Notes under the pieces: generated by a model
Seen by the model: only the letters and a program-made list of their open reading frames with translations
The model's database searches: none
What the model was told of the DNA's origin: nothing
In this document: positions 20,366-30,513 of the stretch, one piece after another
How the letters are laid out: each line of letters begins with the position of its first letter
Numbering within the stretch: position 1 is the stretch's first letter
Translations under genes and position numbers: made by a program
Source of the DNA: Deferribacterales bacterium
Lineage (GTDB): Bacteria > Chrysiogenota > Deferribacteres > Deferribacterales > Geovibrionaceae
DNA: 38,731 nucleotides
Assembly (NCBI GenBank): GCA_050251875.1
Contig: JBFWMA010000012.1
Location: forward strand, 7,657 to 46,387
Reading direction: 5' to 3'

Positions 20366-21328
20366 ATGAAAAAGACAAGACTAGCCATCACAACAGGCGA
20401 CCCGTCAGGCATTGGGGCAGAGATCGCGTGCAGATTCGCGGAAAGCCTGACCGGAAGCGAGGATTACGAGGTAACACTCGTCACATACGAACAGATCATC
20501 AGACAGACCTATGAGTCTGTGCTTAAAAAACCGATGCCCGAACTCAGCATCACCGAACCGGAAGAGAAGATGGATTTCCCCATCGAGTACGGGCAGATAA
20601 AGCCGGAATACGGCAAGGCGTCCATGCTCTTTGTGGAAAAAGCCGTGCGCATGGCACAGGCAGGCGAGGCGGACGCTGTCGTCACCTGTCCCATCAACAA
20701 GGCATCCATAAAACTGGGCGGATACGACTTTCCCGGACACACAGAGTTTCTGGGACACCTTACCAGATCCAGACGTTTTTCCATGCTGATGGTGGGCAAA
20801 AACATACGCTGCGTGCTCGCCACCACCCATGTTCCCATGGAACATCTGGTGGAAAAGCTGGATGAAAAAGCGGTAATGAACGCCATCCTGAACGCCGATC
20901 ACGCCGGACAGTTCTTCTGCGGAAAGAGACGCCCGAAAATAGCCGTGTGCGGACTGAACCCCCACGCAGGCGACAACGGAGCGCTGGGCGATGAGGAAAC
21001 CACTCTGATAGCACCTGTCATAGACATAGCAAAGGCGGAAGGCATAGACGTTGACGGTCCTTTCCCCGCCGATTCGCTCTTTGTCAAGGCGGCTGAGGGC
21101 AAATATGACTTCGTTGTTGTCATGTATCACGATCAGGGACTGATCCCAGTGAAGCTGGAGGCGTTCGGAAACGCTGTGAATGTGACGCTCAACCTGCCGA
21201 TAATAAGAACATCCGTGGATCACGGAACAGCTTTTGACATAGCCGGAAAAGGCATAGCCGAACATACCAGTCTGAAAAGAGCCTGTGAGGTTGCGGCTGA
21301 AATGGTGAAAAATGCTAAATCTGCTTGA
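20366..21328 (+). CDS. pdxA: 4-hydroxythreonine-4-phosphate dehydrogenase
   Basis: AITTGDPSGIGAE, TCPINK, FPGHTEFL, GLNPHAG, MYHDQG, RTSVDHGTAFDIAG. Start moved to 20366. Confidence 0.96.
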   Translation: MKKTRLAITTGDPSGIGAEIACRFAESLTGSEDYEVTLVTYEQIIRQTYESVLKKPMPELSITEPEEKMDFPIEYGQIKPEYGKASMLFVEKAVRMAQAGEADAVVTCPINKASIKLGGYDFPGHTEFLGHLTRSRRFSMLMVGKNIRCVLATTHVPMEHLVEKLDEKAVMNAILNADHAGQFFCGKRRPKIAVCGLNPHAGDNGALGDEETTLIAPVIDIAKAEGIDVDGPFPADSLFVKAAEGKYDFVVVMYHDQGLIPVKLEAFGNAVNVTLNLPIIRTSVDHGTAFDIAGKGIAEHTSLKRACEVAAEMVKNAKSA

Positions 21329-22112
21329 TATTTATAAGAATGAAGTAGGATACACCAAGAAAAAATTCGGTCAGCACTTTCTGACCAGCCGTCACACCAT
21401 AGACGACATTGCTCAGTCTCTGGCGGACACAGAGTGCAAGCAGGTGGTGGAGATAGGTCCCGGATGCGGTGTTCTCACCATCGCCATGCTGGAAAAAAAG
21501 CTGGCGGTAACATCCGTGGAGATAGACGAAGAGCTGGCGGAATTTCTGCCCAGATACCTCTTCATTTATCCGAAATTCAGAATCGTTAACTCCGACTTCA
21601 TGCTGATAGAAGAGAGCACTCTCCCCGAGGGTAAAATAGCCTTCGCCGGAAACCTCCCCTACAACGTGTCCGTAGACATACTAATGCACTGTGTAAAGTT
21701 CTTTCATAAAATAGAAAAGATGACCTTCATGTTTCAGAAAGAGGTCGCCGACAGGATAAACGCCAAGCCGAACTGCAAGGAGTATTCATCACTGTCAGTG
21801 ATAACATCCTATTTCTTCACCACGAAAAAACTGAAAGATATCTCCGGCGGTCAGTTCTGGCCCAATACCAAGGTACGCTCCACTGTTCTGGAGTTCTATC
21901 CTGTTGAGAGATATTTCAAAGACGAGCGGAGGGAACAGGAGTTTCTTAAACTGGTGCGTCAGTCATTCGTTCTTAAACGCAAGACACTAAAGAACAATCT
22001 GAAATCCATTGAAAACATTGACGCCGTTCTGGACAAAGCAGGACTGGCTCAGAATATCCGCGGGGAACAGATGACCACAGCGGATTTCATCAGGCTGTTT
22101 GAAGCTATATGA
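21312..22112 (+). CDS. rsmA: 16S rRNA (A1518/A1519)-dimethyltransferase
   Basis: KKKFGQHFL, EIGPGCG, GNLPYN, MFQKEVA, RKTLKNNL. Confidence 0.95.
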   Translation: MLNLLDIYKNEVGYTKKKFGQHFLTSRHTIDDIAQSLADTECKQVVEIGPGCGVLTIAMLEKKLAVTSVEIDEELAEFLPRYLFIYPKFRIVNSDFMLIEESTLPEGKIAFAGNLPYNVSVDILMHCVKFFHKIEKMTFMFQKEVADRINAKPNCKEYSSLSVITSYFFTTKKLKDISGGQFWPNTKVRSTVLEFYPVERYFKDERREQEFLKLVRQSFVLKRKTLKNNLKSIENIDAVLDKAGLAQNIRGEQMTTADFIRLFEAI

Positions 22113-22726
22113 TAAACACTCCTTTCACTGAGCTCACCTTCACCGTCTTCGACACTGAGACCACAGGAATGTCGCCGGTGAAAGGCGCCAGGCTTCTGGA
22201 GCTAGCCGCTGTACGGATCAAGCCGGGGCTGGTGGTAGACCTTCAGGACACTTTCTGCGAGCTGATAGACCCCAAAAGCGACATCCCATATCAGGCATAC
22301 GCTATCCACGGCATCAGCAAGACCATGGTCTCAGGCAAACCAGAGGCTTATGAGGTGATTCCCAGATTCATGGATTACTGTGGAGACAGCATCACGGCCG
22401 CTCACAACGCCGGATTCGACTATGCCTTTCTGAAGCACCACACAGAGGAAAAACACCTAGGATTCGATATGCCGAAAGTGATCGACACTGTCAAACTGGC
22501 AAGAGCATCTCATAAAGGACTCAAAAGCTATTCGCTGGACAACCTGATAAATCACTTCGAAATGAAGATACCCCTGCCCGATTCTTATCGTCACCGTGCG
22601 CTGTTTGATGCGGCTCATACCGCGCTGCTTTTATGTATCTGTTTGAAACAGCTCATATCTCAGAATATATGCACACCTGCTCATCTGTTCACTCATTATA
22701 GACAATCATTCTATATTTTTAGGTAA
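22109..22726 (+). CDS. DEDDh 3'-5' exonuclease (DnaQ/PolC epsilon-like)
   Basis: VFDTETTG, IHGI, AHNAGFD, IDTV, HRALFDA. Confidence 0.9.
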   Translation: MINTPFTELTFTVFDTETTGMSPVKGARLLELAAVRIKPGLVVDLQDTFCELIDPKSDIPYQAYAIHGISKTMVSGKPEAYEVIPRFMDYCGDSITAAHNAGFDYAFLKHHTEEKHLGFDMPKVIDTVKLARASHKGLKSYSLDNLINHFEMKIPLPDSYRHRALFDAAHTALLLCICLKQLISQNICTPAHLFTHYRQSFYIFR

Positions 22727-22738
22727 AACAGAAAAGGA

Positions 22739-22767
22739 TTGCAAAAATATCCCAACAGTTTTATCAT
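22739..22767 (+). promoter_or_regulatory. Putative sigma70 promoter of accD-folC-lptD
   Basis: TTGCAA-N17-TATCAT. Confidence 0.6.
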
Positions 22768-22824
22768 TAAACATTCTTATGACGCTATAAATGTGACCGA
22801 TTTCGTCACAAACACGGAGACACA

Positions 22825-23673
22825 ATGGGCATCAGAGACTTTTTAAGAGAAAAAGTGCAGAAGGTCGCCACCACAGACACCAGAAAAGAGATAGATGAAA
22901 AACTCTGGCAGAAATGCGGCGGCTGCGGCGAGATAAATTATCACACCGAGATAGCCAAACACCTTCAGACATGTCCCAAGTGCGGAAAGCACTTTCCTAT
23001 TTCTGTTAAAGAAAAGATCGACATTATAATAGATGAGGGAACATTTCAGGAGATAGATGAAAATCTGAAATCTCTCGACCCTCTTAAATTCAAAGACCAG
23101 AAAAAATACCCCGACAGAGTTAAGGCGGCTATGAAGAAGATGGAGATGAACGATGCTTTCGTATCCGGAATCGCCAGAATCAACGAGCGCCCCGTTCACA
23201 TCGGCGGTATAGAGTTCGGATTCCTCGGCGGCAGCATGGGAAGCGTTGTGGGCGAGAAGATCGTGCGTCTCGTGGAGAGCGCCATCGAAAAGAACACCCA
23301 CGTCATAACCATAAGCTGTTCCGGCGGAGCCCGTATGCAGGAGAGCATCCTCTCTCTGATGCAGATGGCAAAAACTTCAGCCGCTCTGGTGAAACTGCGC
23401 CAGAAAGGGCTGGGACACATATCTCTGCTCACAGATCCCACCACAGGCGGCGTAACAGCCAGCTATGCCATGCTGGGGGATATCAACATAGCCGAACCGG
23501 GCGCCCTGATCTGTTTCGCCGGACCCAGAGTCATCGAACAGACCATCCGCCAGACACTGCCCGAAGGATTCCAGCGTTCTGAGTTTCTTCTGGAACACGG
23601 AATGGTGGACATGGTGGTTCACCGAAGCGAATGGAAATCCGAGATTTCCAAAGTTCTGGATTTCTTTGGTTAA
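22825..23673 (+). CDS. accD: Acetyl-CoA carboxylase carboxyltransferase beta subunit
   Basis: LWQKCGGC...CPKC zinc finger, FLGGSMGSVVGEK, SGGARMQE, PTTGGVTAS, FQRSEFLLEHG. Confidence 0.97.
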   Translation: MGIRDFLREKVQKVATTDTRKEIDEKLWQKCGGCGEINYHTEIAKHLQTCPKCGKHFPISVKEKIDIIIDEGTFQEIDENLKSLDPLKFKDQKKYPDRVKAAMKKMEMNDAFVSGIARINERPVHIGGIEFGFLGGSMGSVVGEKIVRLVESAIEKNTHVITISCSGGARMQESILSLMQMAKTSAALVKLRQKGLGHISLLTDPTTGGVTASYAMLGDINIAEPGALICFAGPRVIEQTIRQTLPEGFQRSEFLLEHGMVDMVVHRSEWKSEISKVLDFFG

Positions 23674-24806
23674 TGCCCACCATCTTTGAGAGGCATTTCA
23701 GAGAGCGGGGCGAGTTCAAAAACCTTGAATTCGGTCTGCACAGGATTCAGGCGGCTGCGGACGAGCTGGGCTTATCTGACAATATAGCCAAAAATGTCAT
23801 ACACATAGCCGGAACCAACGGCAAAGGCAGTACCGCTCTGTTCATCGAGCAGATACTACGCCACAGAGGGCAGACCACCGCTCTGTTCACATCGCCCCAT
23901 ATTCACACCATCAGAGAGCGGATACGTCTGAACGGACAGAATATCTCTCAGACTGATTTCGACAGTGTCACATCAGAACTCATTCCCGTTATAGACAGAC
24001 ACACACTGACATATTTCGAGGCGCTGACCCTGATCGCCCTGAAATATTTCAGAGACGCTCACCCTGACACTGCCGTCATAGAAACAGGGCTCGGCGGACG
24101 GCTGGATTCCACCAACATCCTGAACAGGAAACTCCCTGTGATAACAAGCATTTCTATAGACCATACAGAATATCTCGGTTCTGATATCTTCGGCATAGCG
24201 GATGAAAAGCTGGCTATTATAAAGGACAACCCAGTATTTTTTCTGGGGCAGAATACCGAAGAGATCACATCCTATATATATAATAAGGTAACTGACAAAA
24301 AAATAATCCGTCCGGATTATTCAGACGCACCGTATCACGGGTTCGACAGACCCTATTCCAACAACCTGCGTCTGGCGGAGAGCGTCTGCGGGCATATTGT
24401 TCCGGGCGGTCTGCCTTCCGGGCTGAAACTGCCCATGTGCCGGATGGAGCGTTTCGGTCGTTTCATTCTGGAGGGCGCTCACAACGAGGCTGGACTTAAA
24501 CTGCTGGCTGAAAAATTCCGTGGACAAAGACCCACAGCGGTATTCTCCTGCACCAGAGACAGAGACTTTCAAAAGCTGTATAATATATTGTCGGATTTCT
24601 GCGAAAACATAGTGGTGACACAAATTCCGGAAAATGACCGGAGTATCGATATAACAACGCTTAACCCTTCACTGTTTATGACAAAATCCCCTGAAGAGGC
24701 TCTTAAATTAGCCGTTGAACTTAGTGAAAATGCTGATATACTCGTATGCGGTTCTTTGTATCTCTGCGCTTATATCAGAGAAATTTTAACTAAGGGAAAC
24801 GTGTGA
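23673..24806 (+). CDS. folC: Bifunctional folylpolyglutamate synthase/dihydrofolate synthase
   Basis: HIAGTNGKGS, FTSPH, TYFE, ETGLGGRLDSTN, GAHN, CGSLYL; TAATG coupling to accD. Confidence 0.93.
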   Translation: MPTIFERHFRERGEFKNLEFGLHRIQAAADELGLSDNIAKNVIHIAGTNGKGSTALFIEQILRHRGQTTALFTSPHIHTIRERIRLNGQNISQTDFDSVTSELIPVIDRHTLTYFEALTLIALKYFRDAHPDTAVIETGLGGRLDSTNILNRKLPVITSISIDHTEYLGSDIFGIADEKLAIIKDNPVFFLGQNTEEITSYIYNKVTDKKIIRPDYSDAPYHGFDRPYSNNLRLAESVCGHIVPGGLPSGLKLPMCRMERFGRFILEGAHNEAGLKLLAEKFRGQRPTAVFSCTRDRDFQKLYNILSDFCENIVVTQIPENDRSIDITTLNPSLFMTKSPEEALKLAVELSENADILVCGSLYLCAYIREILTKGNV

Positions 24807-26926
24807 AAAAACTCCTGATATTACTCCTTATCCCTCTGGCTCTTACAGCGTTCGCCGCAGAAGATGTTATCATCGAGGCAGATAACGTTGACTCATCCGA
24901 CCAGAATGTCTATCACGCCGAAGGAAACGTTAAAATCTTTCAGGGCGAGAAAACCATGCTGGCTGACGAGGTCTTTTATTATAAAGACAGGGATTTTCTG
25001 AGAGCCGTGGGTAACGTCCGCCTGACAGAAGAGATGGAGACCATCGACTGTTCGGAGATGGAGTACAACACTGAGGACCAGACAGGAGTATTTTATAACG
25101 CCAACGCCTTTATGGAACCATTCAGCTGGTTCAAGGCGAAAACGGCGTATAAAACAGGCGTGAACTCATATACCCTGAAAAAAGCGTCATACACCACATG
25201 TTCCGGCGACAGTCCGGCTTGGTCCATCACGTCCACATCGGCAAAGCTGGACGTGGGCGGATACCTCTCCGCTTTTAATGTGGCGGGGTGGGCGCAGAAA
25301 GTGCCTGTTTTCTATTCTCCATACATTATCTATCCTGTTAAGACAGAAAGAGAATCCGGATTTCTGATACCAAAATTCGGCGTAAGCTCAAAAACCGGAG
25401 CTTTCGTTCAGCCCAGATATTTCTGGAACATAGACGTTGATAAAGATACGACATTCGGTGCGATGTACACCAAAGAATCATCGCCTCTGTACTCCAACGA
25501 GTTCAGATTTACCCCTACGTCAGACTCCAGTTTTTACAACTATTTCGAATACATTAACACCGACTATGACGCTCCCCAGCTGAACGAAGCCGAAGGGAAC
25601 GTGGACAGAAAGACCGGACGATATTTCATTTATAATGATTCGGATTTCAGGATTTCTGACAATCTGAGATTCTCCATGAACATAGAAGCCGTCTCCGACT
25701 ACAGCTATCAGGATGATTATGAGAATTTCTCGCTCCTGAAAGACTATACGAACGATGACGAAAACTACACCAACAACCTTCAGCTGGCATACACTTCAAA
25801 ATATGCCAACGTGACGCTGAAATACAACGATATATTCAACTATACCGTGTCGTCTCTCTACTCCAGAGAACACACCATAATGCGCCCCACCCTCGCCGTG
25901 GAGCAGGATATCACAGACTATCCCGTATATTTCAGATACTACGCTTCATATGACGATGTTAAGCATACCCGATTCGACTATGCCTACGCCGACACCACAG
26001 AAGAGGACAAGGAACTGACATACACCAGAAACCATTTCAATTTCGCAGTGTATAAGCCTTTTAACCTCTATCTGGGCACATATACCCCCGAGCTGAAAGT
26101 TTACTATACCAAATGGTATGACATAGACAGCAACTATGATCTGGGCAACCAGGCAGATCAGGACTTATCCGGATTCGCCTCTCTGAAATATGACGGAGAC
26201 ACCATCACCAGACAGACATATGCTTTCAAGCAGACTTTCGCCCTGAAAGAAATCTCCAGAAACTACAAGAAGTTCAAACACTCCATATATAACACGTTCA
26301 GCTATATTCAGACGCCCAACATCGAGTCCAACGAAGAATTTGACTATGCCTATGAAGACTATATAGAGACTGAAAAGAAATATGACTATACCCTTCAGAA
26401 CTATTTCAGAGCGAAGAACTGGTCTCTGAAGCTGGAAAACACTCAGGGCTATGAGATGACCCGTGACGAAGAGAGGCTGGAGCCGCTGATTACCAAAATA
26501 GATTATAACTACTTCGGGCTTTTATGGATGAGCATCGAAGACGACTACAACTATTATGACAGCGACACGGAATTCCTTATGTTCAAAACATCACTGACGC
26601 TGGGGAATGTCGTTCTGTCCACCAACTATACATATGACAAATATACCAACAGCGACCAGAATACCACTCTGAAAGGCAAAATAACCTTCAAAACCAAAAA
26701 ATTCGATGTGTCCTACACCAGAACAAGCTCCGGCTGGAACAGCAAAGTAAACCTGAAAACCGACTCATCCATAGATGACTCTCTTTCAGTAAGCTACAAG
26801 AGCGAATGCTGGCAGATAGGCGTCATATACAACAGAAAGACCGTCATAGACAACATCGCCTACAGCAACGACAGCACCACCGAAAGCACCATCCTGCTGA
26901 CTCTGGGGCTCAGAGGGCTGGATTAA
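24803..26926 (+). CDS. lptD: LPS-assembly outer-membrane protein LptD
   Basis: Signal peptide, OstA-like IEAD..AEGNVKI, YTTC...PAWSI, ERESGFLIP, C-terminal ECW..LGLRGL. Confidence 0.85.
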   Translation: MKKLLILLLIPLALTAFAAEDVIIEADNVDSSDQNVYHAEGNVKIFQGEKTMLADEVFYYKDRDFLRAVGNVRLTEEMETIDCSEMEYNTEDQTGVFYNANAFMEPFSWFKAKTAYKTGVNSYTLKKASYTTCSGDSPAWSITSTSAKLDVGGYLSAFNVAGWAQKVPVFYSPYIIYPVKTERESGFLIPKFGVSSKTGAFVQPRYFWNIDVDKDTTFGAMYTKESSPLYSNEFRFTPTSDSSFYNYFEYINTDYDAPQLNEAEGNVDRKTGRYFIYNDSDFRISDNLRFSMNIEAVSDYSYQDDYENFSLLKDYTNDDENYTNNLQLAYTSKYANVTLKYNDIFNYTVSSLYSREHTIMRPTLAVEQDITDYPVYFRYYASYDDVKHTRFDYAYADTTEEDKELTYTRNHFNFAVYKPFNLYLGTYTPELKVYYTKWYDIDSNYDLGNQADQDLSGFASLKYDGDTITRQTYAFKQTFALKEISRNYKKFKHSIYNTFSYIQTPNIESNEEFDYAYEDYIETEKKYDYTLQNYFRAKNWSLKLENTQGYEMTRDEERLEPLITKIDYNYFGLLWMSIEDDYNYYDSDTEFLMFKTSLTLGNVVLSTNYTYDKYTNSDQNTTLKGKITFKTKKFDVSYTRTSSGWNSKVNLKTDSSIDDSLSVSYKSECWQIGVIYNRKTVIDNIAYSNDSTTESTILLTLGLRGLD

Positions 26927-26955
26927 GGCAAAGACGGCACACTGCGGAGATTATA

Positions 26956-27981
26956 ATGAAACGTTTGATATTACTGATTATTTTTCTTCTGAGCGCTATC
27001 ACGTCCGTTCAGGCGGCCGTGGTATCCGGATCGTCCACAGTAACGGTTCAGAACGACAATATGAAACAGGCGGAAACAGCCGCCAGAAACGGCGCAATGA
27101 TAAACGCGCTATACAACTATTTCGCAAGACAGCAGGAATCCCAGCCGGATATGGAGATTCCGGAGATTACATCAGAATATTTCAAATTTATCAAAAGCTA
27201 TAAGATAACCGACAGACACTACAGCCACGGCACCATCACCTATTCCATCATCGCCGATGTGGACAAGGTAACACTGACTGACGTGAACTATATGATAAAA
27301 TCAGTGGTGAGCTCCGCCGTCTTTCTGGTGACCGGAGTAGACAATTCCGAAATGGATGAAAAAATCGCCGACAGCATGAAAAAGAACCAGTTCAGCACCA
27401 GATATCAGTCGGATTTCCGTGCGGCTCTTGGTGTCAGCCCTTCCGCGGACGAGGCTCTTCAGGCTTTTTCCGCTGTTAACGCTCAGTATTTCTTCAACCT
27501 GACCGCCGAGCCTCTTTACGATCAGGGTAAATGCACAGTGGCGCTCACAGCAAAGATATACGGCAAGGCGAAAGACTTCGGCACACTGAAAACCAACGGG
27601 GAAAGCTCCGGAGGAACAGACTATGACTGCTCCGCTGATGCCGCCGGACAGGCTATGAGCAAACTGCTCGTATATGTCAGGGAGAATTTTATCCCCCTGC
27701 CAGACCAGACAAAAGAACTCAACACCATAACCATAACAGCGTCCAACTACGCCAACTTCGCCGCTCCGAAGAACATCATGGAGGACATGAAGAAAAGAAC
27801 CTTCATAACTTCTTACAATGTAAAAGGATTCTCAGGCAAAACACTGGAAATGGACGCACAGATGTATATCTCGCCGGACATGCTGCTGAAAAAGCTGAAA
27901 GGCTTTGAAAAACAATACGGTTTCACCGCCTCCAAAGCGGACGGAAGCAACATTGTCCTTGATTTTACAGGTCAGGAGTAA
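26956..27981 (+). CDS. Secreted hypothetical protein (N-terminus weakly reminiscent of FlgT_N-like domains)
   Basis: Signal peptide MKRLILL...VQA; GGAG SD. Start moved to 26956. Confidence 0.7.
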   Translation: MKRLILLIIFLLSAITSVQAAVVSGSSTVTVQNDNMKQAETAARNGAMINALYNYFARQQESQPDMEIPEITSEYFKFIKSYKITDRHYSHGTITYSIIADVDKVTLTDVNYMIKSVVSSAVFLVTGVDNSEMDEKIADSMKKNQFSTRYQSDFRAALGVSPSADEALQAFSAVNAQYFFNLTAEPLYDQGKCTVALTAKIYGKAKDFGTLKTNGESSGGTDYDCSADAAGQAMSKLLVYVRENFIPLPDQTKELNTITITASNYANFAAPKNIMEDMKKRTFITSYNVKGFSGKTLEMDAQMYISPDMLLKKLKGFEKQYGFTASKADGSNIVLDFTGQE

Positions 27982-27993
27982 TAATCTTTTGTT

Positions 27994-28983
27994 ATGATAG
28001 AAAAGATATTGGAGGACATCCGTCCCAAGCGGAAAGTCCTCATATTAACACACAATAACCCTGACCCTGACACCATAGCGGCTGCTCACGGGCTCAGGAT
28101 GATTCTGTCCAAGATTCTGAAAAAACGCTGCACCATAGCCTATTACGGCATTGTCGGCAGGGCGGAGAACCGAGAGCTGATCCGCATGTGCAAGATTGAC
28201 ATGCACCTCTCCACCAAACTGAATTTTGCCAGATATGACTACCTGATCATCGTGGACACACAGCCAAAAGCCGGAAACGTCTATATTCCGGAAGGATTTA
28301 ACGCAGATGTGGCGATAGACCACCACAACTTCAGACATTACACGTCTAATGTAAAACTGCACGATATCCGTCCCGGCACAGGCAGCACCAGCACCATTAT
28401 CACCGAATACATGAAGCGTCTGAACATCATCCCTGATGTGGACACAGCCACGGCTCTGTATTACGGCATAAAGACCGACACAGTCGGTTCGGGGCGCTCG
28501 GGATCCCACGAAGACATGGAGATGATGTCTTATATCTTTCCCTACATCTCTCACAAAAAACTCACCCGGATAGAAAACCCTGAAGTCCCCAGATATTATT
28601 TCAAAAATCTGAAAAAAGCCATTGAGTGCTCTGAGATAATAGAAGACCTCATCTTCTGCGATCTGGGCGAGGTCAGAAACGCCGACCTGATAGCGGAAAC
28701 CAGCGATTTTCTCCTGCGCATGCGGGATATCAAATGGACATTCGTTGTGGGCAGGATAGAGGGATCAGGATTCTTCTCCCTGCGTTCGAAATCCATCCGG
28801 GCGAAGGTCGGGCGGATGGCGATGTATCTGGTGAAAGGACTCGGATCCGGCGGCGGACATATGAAATCTGCCGGCGGTCAATTAAATCTTACAGACAAAA
28901 ATTATCAGGAAACTATTGCTGTTATTAAAGATAGGCTTCTCAAGCGTCTTGATATCAGTACAGTTGAAATTAAAAAGATTTGA
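27994..28983 (+). CDS. DHH/DHHA1 family phosphoesterase
   Basis: THNNPDPD, IVDT, IDHH, GIKTDT, SLRS, GGGH..SAGG. Confidence 0.92.
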   Translation: MIEKILEDIRPKRKVLILTHNNPDPDTIAAAHGLRMILSKILKKRCTIAYYGIVGRAENRELIRMCKIDMHLSTKLNFARYDYLIIVDTQPKAGNVYIPEGFNADVAIDHHNFRHYTSNVKLHDIRPGTGSTSTIITEYMKRLNIIPDVDTATALYYGIKTDTVGSGRSGSHEDMEMMSYIFPYISHKKLTRIENPEVPRYYFKNLKKAIECSEIIEDLIFCDLGEVRNADLIAETSDFLLRMRDIKWTFVVGRIEGSGFFSLRSKSIRAKVGRMAMYLVKGLGSGGGHMKSAGGQLNLTDKNYQETIAVIKDRLLKRLDISTVEIKKI

Positions 28984-29007
28984 CTTGCATTTAAAGATGA
29001 TTATACT
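28980..29007 (+). promoter_or_regulatory. Putative sigma70 promoter of rubredoxin-fprA
   Basis: TTGACT-N16-TATACT; AAGGAGG SD before the ATG at 29035. Confidence 0.6.
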
Positions 29008-29034
29008 CTTATTATGCAAACAAAGGAGGCACTT

Positions 29035-29196
29035 ATGAAGTATATCTGCACAATCTGCGGCTGGATTTATGACCCTGCTGTCGGCGACCCTGACGGCGGA
29101 ATCGATGCCGGCACAGCATTTGAAGACATCCCCAGCGACTGGGTCTGCCCCGAATGCGGCGTGAGCAAAGACAGCTTCGAGCCCTATAACGACTAA
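29035..29196 (+). CDS. Rubredoxin (53 aa)
   Basis: [35 protein letters not shown]. Confidence 0.97.
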   Translation: MKYICTICGWIYDPAVGDPDGGIDAGTAFEDIPSDWVCPECGVSKDSFEPYND

Positions 29197-29203
29197 GAAA
29201 CAG

Positions 29204-29244
29204 AAGCCGCCGTACCGAGCATATGTTCTATGGCGGCTTTTTTT
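29204..29244 (+). terminator. Internal terminator/hairpin between rubredoxin and fprA
   Basis: AAGCCGCCGTA...TATGGCGGC stem followed by T7. Confidence 0.75.
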
Positions 29245-29260
29245 CTATTACGGAGGAAAT

Positions 29261-30469
29261 ATGCACGCTACAGAGCTGAAAAAGGACATCTACTGGGTCG
29301 GAGTAAAAGACCCTGAACTCGAGATTTTTGACATAGTTATCCCCACCGAACACGGTACTACATACAACAGCTATCTGGTTAGAGGAAAAGAGAAATGCGC
29401 CCTGATAGAGGCATGTAAGCTGAACTTCCAGAAGGAATACATTCAGCGCATCGAAGAGATCATGCCCATCAGCGATATCAGCTATATCATCCTGAACCAC
29501 AACGAGCCGGATCACTCCGGAGCGCTCCCTATCATTCTGGATATGAACCCTGATATCGAGGTGATCTATTCCAAAACAGCGAAGACTTTTGTTGAAAATA
29601 TCGTAAACCGTGATTTCAAAGGAAGAGCAGTCGGTGATGAGGATGTTATAGATCTCGGCGGAAAAACACTGCGTTTTTTCCACACCCCTTTCCTGCACTG
29701 GCCCGACACCATGTTCACCTATCTGGTGGAAGACGAGATACTCTTCCCCTGCGACTTTCTCGGCGCCCACTACTGTCCTAAGGGAGACGTTCTTCTGAAC
29801 AAAGACATCCCCAACCAGGAAGAGGCGAGAGAAGCGTTCAGATTCTACTACTCCATGATTATGCGCCCCTACAAAGAGCACATCACTAAGGCTCTTCAGA
29901 AGATCAGCGGGCTCAAGATAAATATGGTCTGCCCATCCCACGGACCCGTGCTGGTGGAGAATATCGATTTTTACATGGATTTCTACGCCAAGTCCGCCGC
30001 CAGATACTACAAAAACATGGTGGACAGACAGGTCACTCTGGTATACGCCACAGCCTACGGCAATACCAAAAAGCTGGCTGACAAAATCAGAGCGGGCATA
30101 GAAGAGGTAGGCGTAAAAGTCCATCTTTTTGACGCCGCCACCACAGACGTGATGACTCTCATCGACTCCATAGAAATATCCCACGGCGTGCTCATAGGCA
30201 CACCCACGCTGAACGCCAAGGCGCCCCATCCCATTCTGGATCTGTTCTCATACTTCGTTGTGCTGAACGTGGTGAACAGACTGGGCGGATGCTTCGGTTC
30301 ATACGGCTGGAGCGGTGAAGGTGTAAAAGTTTCTGAGGATATCATGAAAAGTATGAGGATGAAACTTCCTCAGCCGGCGTACACTGTGAAGATGACGCCG
30401 TCCGATCACGAACTTTCCGAGGCCTATCAGTGGGGCAGAGAGTTCGGAATGAGCGTCCTTGAATCATAA
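29261..30469 (+). CDS. fprA: Flavodiiron protein (FprA/A-type flavoprotein; O2/NO reductase)
   Basis: GTTYNSYL, NHNEPDHSG, PFLHWPD, CDFLGAH, PSHG, flavodoxin motifs TAYGNT and FGSYGWSGEG. Confidence 0.93.
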   Translation: MHATELKKDIYWVGVKDPELEIFDIVIPTEHGTTYNSYLVRGKEKCALIEACKLNFQKEYIQRIEEIMPISDISYIILNHNEPDHSGALPIILDMNPDIEVIYSKTAKTFVENIVNRDFKGRAVGDEDVIDLGGKTLRFFHTPFLHWPDTMFTYLVEDEILFPCDFLGAHYCPKGDVLLNKDIPNQEEAREAFRFYYSMIMRPYKEHITKALQKISGLKINMVCPSHGPVLVENIDFYMDFYAKSAARYYKNMVDRQVTLVYATAYGNTKKLADKIRAGIEEVGVKVHLFDAATTDVMTLIDSIEISHGVLIGTPTLNAKAPHPILDLFSYFVVLNVVNRLGGCFGSYGWSGEGVKVSEDIMKSMRMKLPQPAYTVKMTPSDHELSEAYQWGREFGMSVLES

Positions 30470-30502
30470 AAAATAAAGCCCGCACAAGCGGGCTTTTTTA
30501 TT
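30470..30502. terminator. Bidirectional intrinsic terminator
   Basis: AAAGCCCGC-ACAA-GCGGGCTTTTTT between convergent genes. Confidence 0.88.
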
Positions 30503-30513
30503 GTCCTGATTTT

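Noticed and set aside
22792..22810. CRP/FNR site (TGTGAC-N7-GTCACA) before accD
   Set aside because: Spacing does not match TGTGA-N6-TCACA; more likely a 5'UTR hairpin.
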